The position numbers were made by a program, and so were the translations under genes. Positions 25,294 to 37,710 of a stretch of 64,000 nt of DNA are shown in pieces. Under the pieces are notes generated by a model, which saw only the letters and a list, made by a program, of their open reading frames with translations, had not been told where the DNA came from and ran no database searches. The stretch comes from Macrostomum lignano (Eukaryota), in contig NIVC01003159.1 in assembly GCA_002269645.1 (NCBI GenBank), forward strand, positions 51,945 to 115,944, in the 5' to 3' direction. Position 1 is the stretch's first letter; each line of letters starts with the position of its first letter.

Positions 25294-27279
25294 ACGAGTA
25301 TAGTTTTGTATGGATTCACTGCGGAGAAAAGGAACAGGCTTCAGTTGAAATGTTTGTCTTAAGATTATGTCTTTACAAAAGTGCATTTCCTCATGCCATT
25401 AAAACTCGAGCTAAAAATGTTCGAGGGTTATAGGTGCGCCTTACTAAGATGCATAACATTATTGGGTTGTTTTTTTCAATTGTATCAAAAGTTGGCACTT
25501 TGGTTGCAAAAATGCAAAAATTGAAAATGTACTTTTACAGTTTTTTGCATTTTTTTCTATACTGCTAATAGTTAAGCATACATACTATGCACCAATTGAT
25601 GCGCAATTCAAAGATACACAAGTGTGGAAGTTTTCAATTCTTAAACATTTGAATTTGAGGAAAAGGCTCATTATAATTTTTGGAATATGGAACTGGAAGA
25701 AACAATTCAACGCCGTCATCTAATTCCAAACTAACTGTACTTTAAGGTACTGCGATGATTTTTTTATTGAAAGAGCGAAACCTGTTTAAATATTTGAAAA
25801 AATGGAAAAAATTACCTTTTTTTATAGAAATACACTCTTTTGACTGCTTAATCCGATTTCCAACAACAAAATAGTTGCTTTCCTGCTGGTGCAAACCGTT
25901 ATTAGGGTGAATTTTCAAAATTGCATACTGTGCCAAAAGTAAACTGAAGCTTAATATTTATAAACATTAGAAACGGGACCACTAATGGGTATTTTACTTT
26001 GGTTACTTACTATGGACTAAACTGGCACTGGCAGAGACAGATTTGAGAGAAACTAATTGCTCCATTGTATTTGTATTTGGCTCCAGCGTTACAAATTACA
26101 ATAGCTATTTCGGGGTCTAACCGGCTAAGTTATCAAAAAAGCTAGATACCAATCACCAGTTTCATCATCAGCTATACCTAACCTACCACGATTTTATAGT
26201 CACATGCAACAGTAATACCCTCCTTTAAAAGTTTTCAATATCTAAAATGATGTGTTAAATTTTATAAAATTTCATAAACAGTGAAATTTTAGCTGTTTAC
26301 GTGCTGGTGGTTTGAACGTAGCTACTTTGTGCGAAAATACACTGTCATTAATACGTACCTATTATTGTATTTATTGTATTGAAAGTTGATGTGTAAATTG
26401 TACTTTTCTATTTTTTTGTCATTCGTTATCGCACTCGGGCCGGCCTGCCTGCCTTGTGGGGTGTGGTGCCTTGGCCACTTTCTCCCCCTTCTGCTAGGAT
26501 CCAAAGCAAGCTTTCAAGTGTACATTTAATATTATCGATCGATTATTTAAAACAAGCCTCTAGTGGCTGGTGTTGAGAGTGAGTGGCCTTGAGTGTACGC
26601 GAAAGCAAGAGGAAGCCCATGGGCGGACTATATGAACCTTCCTTTAGTGGAAAGTTGGGCCTTGTGCATTGGATAGTGTACGCTACACAAGACAGAAGGT
26701 AAAGAAAAAGAGAACGACAGGCTAGCCAATAGCGATAGCATGTGCTTCTTTCTCTCCAGTCCACTATGGTAGGGGGGGAGGGGGGTGTCAGACGGCCCAA
26801 CTCTAACCCCCATACCCAAAACAGCGTACATGTAGAATAAGAAGGGATTGGGTCCAGATAAGTCTTCCCAAATGTACATGTATGTACAAAGACAAACACA
26901 GACAAGAAAAATGGCTCTAAAAACCATTGTTATTGTTACACTGTGTGTCTATTTTTATTAACTTGACTTTGACTTGTCTTTACTCTAGCATGGTCAAGGA
27001 TAATTACTGTTACTTCATACCTAATTTACAATTAATTGCATAAGATTAAGAAGGAATAATACAATCGAGGTCGAACCCATGATCACTTGACCCACCCACC
27101 CATGATCACTTCTGATTCTGACCTACATGTATCTACTATATCCTGCCAGTTTCTCCAGTTTTATGGGTCTTGGTGTCGGTGATTCGAGCAATTCCATTAC
27201 ATTTTATCGGTGCAGTGCGTCTATTAATGCTTAGCTACTTGTATATGTGTTGCAGAACTTATGCTCGTAGTTTCCCTTC

Positions 27280-28057
27280 TAGGGATGTTGACCCCGGGAG
27301 TGCTCCCGGGAGCTTGTCGGGGAATACTCTCCGGGGAATTTAACCGGGGACCCTGGGGAGAAAAAATATGAAAAAATGCATTTGTAACTTAATTTTTGCC
27401 ATTAAAATAAGAAACTGATTCACAGAAAGCTGATTGAAACTCTGTCTATGCTCTTTTACCGCATAATTGCTTATTTCAATGCATTACATGTATAATTTGA
27501 AACACAACACACGTTTGATTGTTTTTTCACTAATAAGTCATTCAATCAAGCAAATTGCACGTAGAAAAGAAACCCGTCAGGAAAAAGAAGCCTTACTGAC
27601 TAGTGACTGCTGTGCTGGTCTGCGTTGACGGCTTGACGCAGGCGCAGCGCTGCGTCATGCGTCAGGCACTGACGCATAGGGGGTGTCATACATATACTCC
27701 CTATTAGACAAGGACAAAATGGTGATTTACATATATATGCAAGAAATAAAATTCCGATTATAAAAACAGTCTCATTCATTAATTATCCTCTCACGAGCGT
27801 AGCTGTTTAGCATGCATTCCAACAAATGCACTTTTCCGATAAAGGTGCGCGCACGATTTCGTGATGCCACATTGTCAAATACAGTTTAAAAAAACATTGT
27901 TTAAAATTTTTACCCCTGCGCCTTGAACATGTAGTACAAAGCTTAAATCAAAGTTTAAAAAATTCCACATACAATTTAAGTGATCCGCCGTTTTTACTTA
28001 TTTTTTCTTTTCACCGGGGTCCCCGATAAGATAATTCCCTGGGGAATCGACATCCTA
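27280..28057. mobile_element. hAT-like MITE 1
   Basis: Left end TAGGGATGTTGA; right end TCGACATCCTA (one base short); flanking direct repeat TTCCCTTC on both sides; no coding capacity. Confidence 0.65.
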
Positions 28058-28309
28058 ATTCCCTTCCTATAAATCATTTGACGTTAGAGACATTTTACAA
28101 CTCTCGCCCTACTTTATCTATTAGGCTAACTTTATGTATGACACGACGCAAAATATTAGGAGCATCAGCGTTAATAATGCCTTGAAAGTCTTTAAATAAT
28201 CGATACAACACTAGGTATTATAAAATTCCAACCCCAAAGCTCACTGGGGCGAAAAGACTTTGTCTTCATTAACTAGTATCTTTAATTAATTTATTTTTTC
28301 TCTAATAAG

Positions 28310-28990
28310 TAGTGTTCCGCTGTAAGGAAGATCCATATACTATAGCCATAGCCATAGGCCTAGCTGTAAGCAAAACTATGGCTTATTCCAATTTTCCATA
28401 TTCCGTAGCCATAGCATAGGGACCTTAATATTACCATATTCCTATAGGCTGTAGCCGCTGTAGTTCCCATAGCCATGCATAGTTTTAACAAAAAGTCTAG
28501 AAAACAAAATATTTTGAATCAAGAAGATAACCTAGTACTTAAACAACTGCAAATTAAGTTATAAAATAAAAGAAACACTCAATTGCCTTTGTAAGATTAT
28601 ATTTTGTCTTTTTTCAAAGCAACAATACTTAATCATTACTGAAAGTACTAATGCTGAACTTTTTCACATTAATAAAAATTAGAGTTTGCTAGTGTTTGCT
28701 TGTACTTTATTAGGTATATTTTAATAGTTTCTAAGTTGATAATATAGTTTACCAAAAGTAGTCCTATATTTATTTTACTCTACTTGTTTCTAATATTTTT
28801 TCAATTTTTTAACATTTATAACTACAGCTATGGGAATCTACAGAATGTGACAACAACTACCATATTTCTGTATTGGTAGCCATAGGAGCAGCTAGCTACT
28901 ATAGGCATATCTGTAGCTGCCATAGGCACCTATTTTACCATATTTGCCATAGGATCCCATAGCCATAGCTATGGCTATGGTGGAATACTA
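28310..28990. mobile_element. hAT-like MITE 2
   Basis: TIRs TAGTGTTCCGC / GTGGAATACTA (9/11); 8-bp TSD CTAATAAG / CTAATAGG; internal CATAGC/CTATGG repeats. Confidence 0.7.
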
Positions 28991-30030
28991 CTAATAGGCT
29001 TATATATTTTTGTGACAATTGTTATTTGTCCAGTTAAATTGATATTTTATTTTACAGAAACTATATAAGGGTAACTATTCCTGGACTTCAAAGACTTCTT
29101 ACTTGTATCTTGATTATTATGTTGTTTTACTAGTGTATATCTTATGTATCAAATTATGCCAAATTGCATATACATTACATATATCTGCTTTGCTTGCACT
29201 AATAACAAAATATTAATCAGGATATAAGAAAGGGTTTAAAAATCTAGAATATTTATCACTAAACAAATAGATACTTATGTTAGCAATTTAACTGCACAAA
29301 TGGCAAAAAGGCTAGACAAATAACAACTGCCTATTTTTGCATATTGCACAAGTGTCTAAAAATGAAAAATGTAAGCTTTTATGAAAAAAGATGACAGCTT
29401 GTTATTATCCTAAGACCTAATTAAAGCTAGATATATAATTTTTAGAAAGTTTTTTTTATTTTCAAAAAGTATTTTTCTTTTGTTTCAAATTTATGTATTG
29501 GTTTTTATTCTATTTAATTTCTTTGCAAAGTTATTGATTTGCAAGAAACTAGGTCTAATTTGATTTAAATTTGCCTTTTGCATATATATTAAAAAGCTAT
29601 AGGGCCCTCGTTGAAATCTATAGGCCTAGAAAAAATATTTAGACCAGCTAATTTTTTTTCAAATTAGCTTTAAAAAATTATAAGTCTTTAGCAATTATGC
29701 ATAACTTTTTTTATATAAAATTTGAAAAAAATGTTTAATGCTTTCAATGAGCACTCTGTTTCTAAGTTAATTTATTTAGTTCAACCATTTAGACCACTTG
29801 GCTAATATACAATGTAAAATGTACATTCACAATAATGCTACGGAGTTTTATGATCCTTTGTGATAAAAATTTAATTGTAGTATTGATTAAATTTTATCAT
29901 TTATTAGCTAATAAATGAATGATGATCAATTAAAAAGGGGTGTTAAAGATAAAACAAAGCCTTTTTTATCAATCTTTCAAGTTGCTATGATCTTATTTGT
30001 GTTTTTTTATAATATAGAAAGGGTGGCATA

Positions 30031-30837
30031 CAGTGATGGGCACTAGCGCTGCTAAATTTGAATTCCGTTGAAATTGAAATGCCGCTAATATTTTGTTGGT
30101 GCCACTAATTCTGCTAAATTGAAATTCTGATTAGCTTGCGCTATCAAAGTGCCGCTAACGTTTTCTAAAAGTTGCTAATTGCACTAAGATTTATTTTTTG
30201 CTAAAAAAATTAGAGGGTTAATGACTGTTCAATACTTAAAATAAGACCCTCTTTGATTAGTAAGTTAAAGATTATGTAAATGTTTCTAATTTTCTTAAAA
30301 ATGTGAAACAAAATTTGAATATCTATTTTCATTTTTCATTATCAACAAGGTTTCAAGGTTCAAAATATCATCAATGAATTCAACATTCAACTCATTTGGT
30401 ATTCTAAGCAATGAGATGCAAAGTAACAGGCTATCAACAGGGTGATGGTAGGGTTTAGAAATCCTGTACTACCATTTCAAGCTGATGATCTTGCCTTCCT
30501 TCTTGTGTATAAGAAGGCCATGGCCTAGTGGCAATAGCCCTTGATATTCTTCAAGGCAAATAGCATTGCCATTTAGGAATTCTTTCTACCAACTGTTGCT
30601 TTGACAGTTCACTGGCTTGAGGATTTTTTATTAGCAATGGCATTATTAGCTTATTCATTTAAAATGTGTGAGTTAAAAATGAGCAGAAATGCATAAATAT
30701 GTGAAATAACAGTTTATATTAAATATATTTATTAATTAGCACATTTCAAAATTAGCGGTACTAATTGTGCTAAATTTCAAAGTAGAAACAGTGATAATAA
30801 GCAGCGCTTAAAATAAATTTAGTGGTGCCCATCACTG
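30031..30837. mobile_element. hAT-like MITE 3
   Basis: Perfect 13-bp TIR CAGTGATGGGCAC / GTGCCCATCACTG; 8-bp TSD GTGGCATA / GTAGCATA. Confidence 0.8.
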
Positions 30838-31521
30838 GTAGCATAGTTTTGCAATTGTAGATAGGGGTAGCTAATGGGCCTATTTAATTTAGGTTCATTT
30901 GGCAAATTGGTATTTACTCGTACATTTTATACAAATTAGAAGTAGGTCAAATATTCCAAAAAAAGATTGCTTGCAATAGGCATTCCATTTAGGAGTTTTG
31001 AATGCCTACCATAGAGGGGCCTAATGCACTAGTCCCTACTATATTGGCTAATGGGTTGAATTGCACCACAAATTGCAACTAGTTTGTCAAAGCTAGCCTT
31101 ATTTTTCTTTGTTGTAAATGCTTAAGCCTGCTTAATGCTTAATGCTTAGACTGCTACTTGCAAAAAACACTTTTGGCTTGAGTAAGCTTAGGGATATTAG
31201 GCATTAACTAACTGCTAAGTCAAAATGAGTGCACTTTTCTCGTTCTCTTTATCAAAATTCTGCTGCTTTAACATGGGAAGGGCACTTTACTGACCGAATT
31301 TTTTATTATATTATTACAGTTAAAAATAGCCAGCTAAATAATTTCTTACCTAAACACTTTCGGTGCACGAACTCAGACTGAGCTGAGAGGCTACACAGAC
31401 TTGCAGTTCAAATCTTCTCTGTTATATTCTCAGCGCTCATTTCAACTAGCCGCTAAACTCTGTTCACAATATCTGTCAGAGTCTATTGTTGGATAATCCC
31501 GCAGAGAACACACTAACAATA

Positions 31522-34500
31522 ATGCAGCAGCAGCAGTCGCAGCAAGGCTCCGGCAATGACTATGACCCATTGTTCAGCATCGACTTGCTGAATGTCGAGC
31601 TGCTTGAAGGAACTGAGCAGCAGCAGCAGCCACCACTTCTGCCGCAGCAGCAACAGCAACCACCGCATCACTATCCAGACTCTTCTGATAGCAGCTTTGC
31701 TGTCAGCCTGTCTCCTTTGTCCAGCTGTTCGTCCGGCTTCAGTCCGCACTCGTTTGGCCACCATCAGCAGCAGCAGCAGCAGCCAATGCCGCTGTTCCTT
31801 GAAGAGCAAGGCCCAGATTTCCTGCAGCTCAATGCGGATTCAACATCGCCGCACCAGCCTCCGTTTCTGCAGCAGCAGCAGCAGCGACAACAACAAACTC
31901 AAGCTCAGGCCTGCTCAGGTGCATTCAAGACCGAGCCCTCAGTGCCCGACGATGTCGTGGGCGCTGCGGCCGCTGCCCCAGCCGTCCAGCCTGGCAAAGC
32001 TGGCGGACAGCGGCACCCGAGAGACGATAAAATCTGCGGCGTCTGCGGCGACAAAGCTTTGGGCTTCAACTTTGACGCCGTGAGCTGTGAATCCTGCAAA
32101 GCCTTCTTCAGGCGGAATGCTGTTAAAGGAGTTGTAAGATTTTGTCGTCTGTTTCTTTCCTTAATGTTACTTGTCCTATTCCTGTTGCCTGTACCAGCCT
32201 CCCAGATCCTCAGTTGCTGGGCCAGCCTCCCAGATCCTCAGTTGCTGGGCCAGCCTCCCAGATCCTCAGTTGCTGGGCCAGCCTCCCAGATCCTCAGTTG
32301 CTGCGCCAGCCTCCCAGATCCTCACTTGCTGGGCCAGCCTCCCAGATCCTCAGTTGCTGGGGCAGCCTCCCAGATCCTCAGTTGCTGGGCCAGCCTCCCA
32401 GATCCTCAGTTGCTGGGCCAGCCTCCCAGATCCTCAGTTGCTGCGCCAGCCTCCCAGATCCTCAGTTGCTGGGCCAGCCTCCCAGATCCTCAGTTGCTGC
32501 GCCAGCCTCCCAGATCCTCACTTGCTGCGCCAGCCTCCCAGATCCTCAGTTACCGGGCCAGCCTCCCAGACCCTCAGTTACCGGGCCAGCCTCCCAGACC
32601 CTCAGTTACCGGGCCAGCCTCCCAGACCCTCAGTTACCGGGCCAGCCTCCCAGACCCTCAGTTACCGGGCCAGCCTCCCAGACCCTCAGTTGCCGGGCCA
32701 GCCTCCCAGACCCTCAGTTACCGGGCCAGCCTCCCAGACCCTCAGTTGCCGGGCCACCTGCAATTACAGGAGGCATTCAAGTGCCCCTACAGCGGCGCCT
32801 GCAGCATAGACGTTTCAAATCGCCGCTTCTGCAAGCGCTGCCGGCTGGCCAAGTGCTTCGACATCGGCATGAAGCGGGAGTACATTCTCACCGAAGAGGA
32901 GAAACTGGAGAAGCGGAAGAAGATTGATCAGAATAAGTGAGTCAGCAGCAGTTAAATTGTAAATACGCATTTCTTATCATTTGTGTTTTTAGTTTCAGGG
33001 CTTCAATTTGGGACTTCATGACTCATATTCGGGACTTCGGGGCTCAGTTTCGGGACTTCATGACTCAGATTCGGGACTTCAGGGCTCAGATTTGAGACTT
33101 CAGGGCTCAGATTCGGGACTTCGGGGCTCAGATTCGGGACTTCAGGGCTCAGATTCGGGACTTCAGGGCTCAGATTCGGGAATTCAGGGCTCAGATTTGG
33201 TTTGCAGTTTCGATCCGAAGCACACTGTTAAAGATTTTCAGATCTCCCAATTTTGCTGTTAGTTCTGGGCCCGCTCGTATCTGTAAGCATGCAGTTTTGG
33301 AAGTACTTTTAGAATCTTACATTTCCACGACGCACTAGAAAGAGAGTGCCAGTTTGGCTAAGGATGTTGATTTTTTCCTGTGTTTTTTGCTCTCATAATT
33401 GGACGGCAGTTAATAGAGCGGGGGCAGGCGAGCAGGGAGTCTTTTTCAATGCCTAAGCAGATTCTGGTGCTTGCGTTTCGTTCAATGCCGGTTCAGATGA
33501 CGCTACAGTTGACGAAGATTTCCGCATTATCAAAAATATCATATTTTTTGATTGATGGTACGCAAAATTCATTGCATCAGCCTGACACTCGGTCTGTTAA
33601 TAGTACATTAGCTTTTGTAAGAATTTGTAAGAATGTACTTTTATAAGTTCAAAGCTTTGCTGTTCCAATTTATGCTTATGGGAGTATAGCCAAATGTTTT
33701 TTGTTTTATTTTACAATTTCTCACTGATCTCCAAGCTATATTATCCCCAATCTTCACGTTCCACACTCAATCTTCACGATCCCTACCCAATCTTTACGAC
33801 CCCTACCAAATCTTCACGATCCCTACCCAATCTTCACGATCCCTACCCAATCTTTACGACCCCTACCAAATCTTCACGATCCCTACCCAATCTTCACGAT
33901 CCCCACCCAATCTTTACGACCCCTACCCAATCTTCACGATCCCTACCCAATCTTCACGATCCCCAACCAATCTTCACGATCCCCACCCAATCTTCACGAT
34001 CCCCACCCAATCTTCACGATCCCCACCCAATCTTCACGATCCCCACCCAATCTTCACGATCCCCACCCAATCTTTAAGATCCCCACCCAATCTTCACGAT
34101 CCCCACCCAATCTTCACGATCCACACTCAATCTTCACGATCCCCACCCAATCTTCACGATCCCCACCCAATCTTCACGACCCCTACCCAATCTTCACGAT
34201 CCCCACCCAACCTTCACGATCCCCACCCAATCTTCACGATCCCCACCCAATCTTCACAATCCCCACCCAATCTTCACGATCCCCACCCAATCTTTAAGAT
34301 CCCCACCCAATCTTTAAGATCCCCACCCAATCTTCACGATCCCCACCCAATCTTTAAGATCCCCACCCAATCTTCACGATCCCCACCCAATCTTCACGAT
34401 CCCCACCCAATCTTCACGATCCCCACCCAATCTTCACGATCCCCACCCAATCTTCACGATCCCCACCCAATCTTCACAATCCCCACCCAATCTTCACGAT

Positions 34501-36273
34501 CCCCACCCAATCTTCACGATCCCCACCCAATCTTTAAGATCCCCACCCAATCTTCACGATCCCCACCCAATCTTTAAGATCCCCACCCAATCTTTAAGAT
34601 CCCCACCCAATCTTCACGATCCCCACCCAATCTTCACGATCCACACTCAATCTTCACGATCCCCACCCAATCTTCACGATCCCCACCCAATCTTCACGAT
34701 CCCCACCCAATCTTTACGATCCCCACCCAATCTTCACGATCCCCACCCAATCTTCACGATCGCAAGCTTTCACGACCTCCAATCTTCACAGTCAAGATCC
34801 AACCTTCACAATCCGTGATGCACCAGCCAGCCTGGTTACTGGTTATCATAATTTATTGCGTCCCCCCATATCGCAGGCTAATCCGCACCCTGGAGTCGCT
34901 GCAGCTGCTGCCCAAGGACCTGACCCCGGCTGACCTGGCGGACCGGGAGCTGCTCTCTGACGCCGAGCTGCAGGACGTGAAGTTCATCCTGGACGCGTAC
35001 GCCGCCTCCGAGGCTGTGAAGCTGCCAGAGCGCCAGGGCCAGCGAGCCGTCAGCTTTGACGATCTGATCAACTTTGCCGAGCTGTCGGTGGTTCGAGTTA
35101 TCGAGCTGTGCAAGCAGCTGCCGGAGTTCCTGCGGCTCAGCCCGCCGGACCGGGTGGCGCTGATGAAGGGCGGCGCTCTGGAGCTCATCCTGCTGCGCGG
35201 CGTCATCAGCTTCGACCCGGAACGGGCGCGCTTCCTTGACTCAGGCGATGTTGAGTCAGCGGAGCAGGTGACCCCATTGACCCGCCTAGCTAACCCTGAT
35301 TCCAAAAAATCCCCTTTTTATTGATATTTATCACATGGCATCGGCCTGAAAATGTCATGTATATTTTAATATGAATTTTTATCACGCAATTTAAAAGTCC
35401 TAAATATCCCATATCAATTTATTTCAGTTTTGATCCCCTAAGATTCCTTCTGTTCTGGTTATTAGCCGCGTTCACTTACCCCATTCTTCCCCACTCAGCT
35501 GTTGATCCCCTTTAACCTAAATCCCATTCCTCCCCACCCAGCTGTTGATCCCCTTTAACCTAAATCCCATTCCTCCCCACCCAGCTGTTGATCCCCTTTA
35601 ACCTAAATCCCATTCCTCCCCACCCAGCTGTTGATCCCCTTTAACCTAAATCCCATTCCTCCCCACCCAGCTGTTGATCCCCTTTAACCTAAATCCCATT
35701 CTTCCCCACTCAGCTGTTGATCCCCTTTAACCTAAATCCCATTCCTCCCCACTCAGCTGTTGATCCCCTTTAACCTAAATCCCATTCCTCCCCACCCAGC
35801 TGTTGATCCCCTAATAAAAAATCCCACTCCTGAAACACTCGCAGGACTCAATGGAGGGCGGCGATTTTCTCAAAGCCGCCGGCTCCAGCGGCTACGCCTT
35901 CCTTCAGTTGGCCCGCTCCCTTCGCGTCAATCTGCAGTGCGACCGCGCCACCCTCATCCTACTGCTAGTAGTCTGCCTGTTCAGTGCCGACCGGCCCGGC
36001 CTGACGCCGGAGGGCCGCGACTCGGCCGAGGAGGCGCAGGTTCGCTACTCGCTGGTGCTGGACCGGCTGCTCAGGACTCGGCTGCCAGGCCAGGAGGCTC
36101 GCAAGATTTATCCCCAACTGCTCACTCAGCTGGCCGAGCTGCGCAATCTGGAGAAGGATTTCAGCGATCTCGCCGCCCTGACCGATCCGCGGGTTGTCCG
36201 ACCGCTGATGGCCGAGCTGCTGGACATGCAGGAGGGACACGACGGCAAGAAAGGTGGAGGTGGCCAGTTCTAA
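31522..36273 (+). CDS. Hr96: Nuclear receptor of the HR96/DAF-12 (NR1J) group, 4 exons (31522-32133, 32770-32936, 34877-35267, 35845-36273), 532 aa
   Basis: DBD CGVCGDKALGFNFDAVSCESCKAFFRRNA (P-box ESCKA) and CPYSGAC...RRFCKRCRLAKCFDIGMK; LBD signature LCKQLPEFLRLSPPDRVALMK, LFSADRPGL and AF-2 PLMAELLD; polyQ N-terminus. All phases are consistent with GT-AG and there are no frameshifts. Confidence 0.92.
32194..32757. repeat. Minisatellite, 28-bp unit CAGCCTCCCAGATCCTCAGTTGCTGGGC, in Hr96 intron 1
   Basis: About 20 tandem units between the two zinc-finger exons. Confidence 0.97.
33010..33195. repeat. Minisatellite, 21-bp unit TCAGATTCGGGACTTCAGGGC, in Hr96 intron 2
   Basis: About 9 visible units. 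Confidence 0.93.
33745..34760. repeat. Minisatellite, 20-bp unit CCCCACCCAATCTTCACGAT, in Hr96 intron 2
   Basis: About 50 visible units. Confidence 0.98.
35480..35812. repeat. Minisatellite, 43-bp unit CAGCTGTTGATCCCCTTTAACCTAAATCCCATTCCTCCCCACC, in Hr96 intron 3
   Basis: About 7.5 units ending about 30 nt before the acceptor. Confidence 0.96.
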
Positions 36274-36477
36274 GATGCCCGACTCATTCCCCATCATAGA
36301 TGGCTTTGGCTCGCCCGCGCGACACTTCACGGCTTATGGCTGCATGTTTATTGCCTTTAGTTTTACAGGGTCTGGGATTTCTAACTGAGAGGAACGCCCT
36401 GGAAATCCTCAAGTCTCGGTGTGGGGATCAGGTTGCCTTATCGGAGTAATCCCTTGGAATGAGGGCCGGTATCCCTA

Positions 36478-36885
36478 AATCCCTCTCAGAATGGGGATCA
36501 AAATCCCTAAATTCCTCTCATAATGGGGATCATAATCCCTAAATCCCTTCCAGAATGGGGATCATAATCCCTAAATCTCTTCCAGAATGGGGATCAGAAT
36601 CCCTAAATCCCTCTCAGAATGGGGATCAAAATCCCTAAATTCCTCTCATAATGGGGGTAAAAATCCCTAGAAATCCCTCTCAGAATGGAGACCAGTATCC
36701 CCAATTCCCTTCCAGAATGGGGATCAGGATCGTTAAATCCCTCTTAGAATGGAGATCAGAATCCCTAAATCCCTTCCAGAATGGGGATCAGAATCCCTAA
36801 ATCCCTTCCAGAATGGGAATCAGGATCCCTAAGTCCCTCTCAGAATGGGGATCAGAAAATCCCAAAATCTTTTGGAACGGGGATC
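36478..36885. repeat. Minisatellite, about 32-bp unit CAGAATGGGGATCAGAATCCCTAAATCCCTCT, downstream of Hr96
   Basis: About 12 imperfect units. Confidence 0.92.
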
Positions 36886-37439
36886 AGATGACGTCATTCC
36901 AATTAGGGATTAAAATACTTGCAGTTTTTTAATTCATTGCTCACATTTACAATGTTGGGATCTTAGGCCATCAGAACTGAAGGCATATCAGTGTGTCTGT
37001 GCGTATAAATTCAACATTTTTCAGTATCTCAAAGCCCATGTGCACTACTAAAAGTATAAGTAGTTGGGTGTGTATTTTTTTACAATTATATTGATTAGGC
37101 AGGACCACCCAGCGCCGTCTCCCAGGTTTACAAGCCTACCGGGCCAGCGCCTGCCCTTATTTTGTTGATAATTTATATCTACTATTAGCCGATGTATCTG
37201 TCATTTCCTTGCTTTCTTTGTTGTTGAATTGTTTTCTTATGCGTTTGCTTTTCACTTCCATTGTGAATCCAATGATTCTCTGCGCAGCTAACTGCTTACT
37301 GATTGTATTCGGACTCGCTTGTTGTTTCATGTTGCATCTGTTTTATAATTCAATAGGGCTCCATTTTTCCTCTCATTTTCTACTGCTTTTTTGTTGAGTA
37401 GTCGGATTGACCCTTTCATTCCCCACGTCTCACAGCGCA

Positions 37440-37710
37440 TCTCACCTCTATTTCATTTTCCCTCTACCTCGACCCTTCTATCTTTATCCCTCTACTTCTA
37501 CCCCTCTATCTCTACCCCTCTACCTCTACCCTTCTACCTCTCCCCCTCCCCTCTATCTCTACCCCTCTATCTCTACCCCTCTATCTCTACTCCTCTATCT
37601 CTACCTCTACCCCTCTACCTCTACCCTTCTATCTTTATCCCTATACTTCTACTCCTATATCTCTACCCCTCTATCTCTACCCCTCTACCTCTACCCCCTA
37701 CCTCTACCCC
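37440..37710. repeat. CT-rich low-complexity repeat (CTCTACCC/CTCTAT)
   Basis: Directly visible; explains the L/P/S/Y-rich ORFs. Confidence 0.9.

Noticed and set aside
31486-32940. 484-aa ORF as the true receptor sequence
   Set aside because: It includes a GT-AG intron (32134-32769) whose removal restores a normal DBD, and the LBD lies in later exons.
36478-36885. Telomeric repeat from CCCTAA motifs
   Set aside because: CCCTAA occurs once per 32-bp unit, not as a (TTAGGG)n tract.
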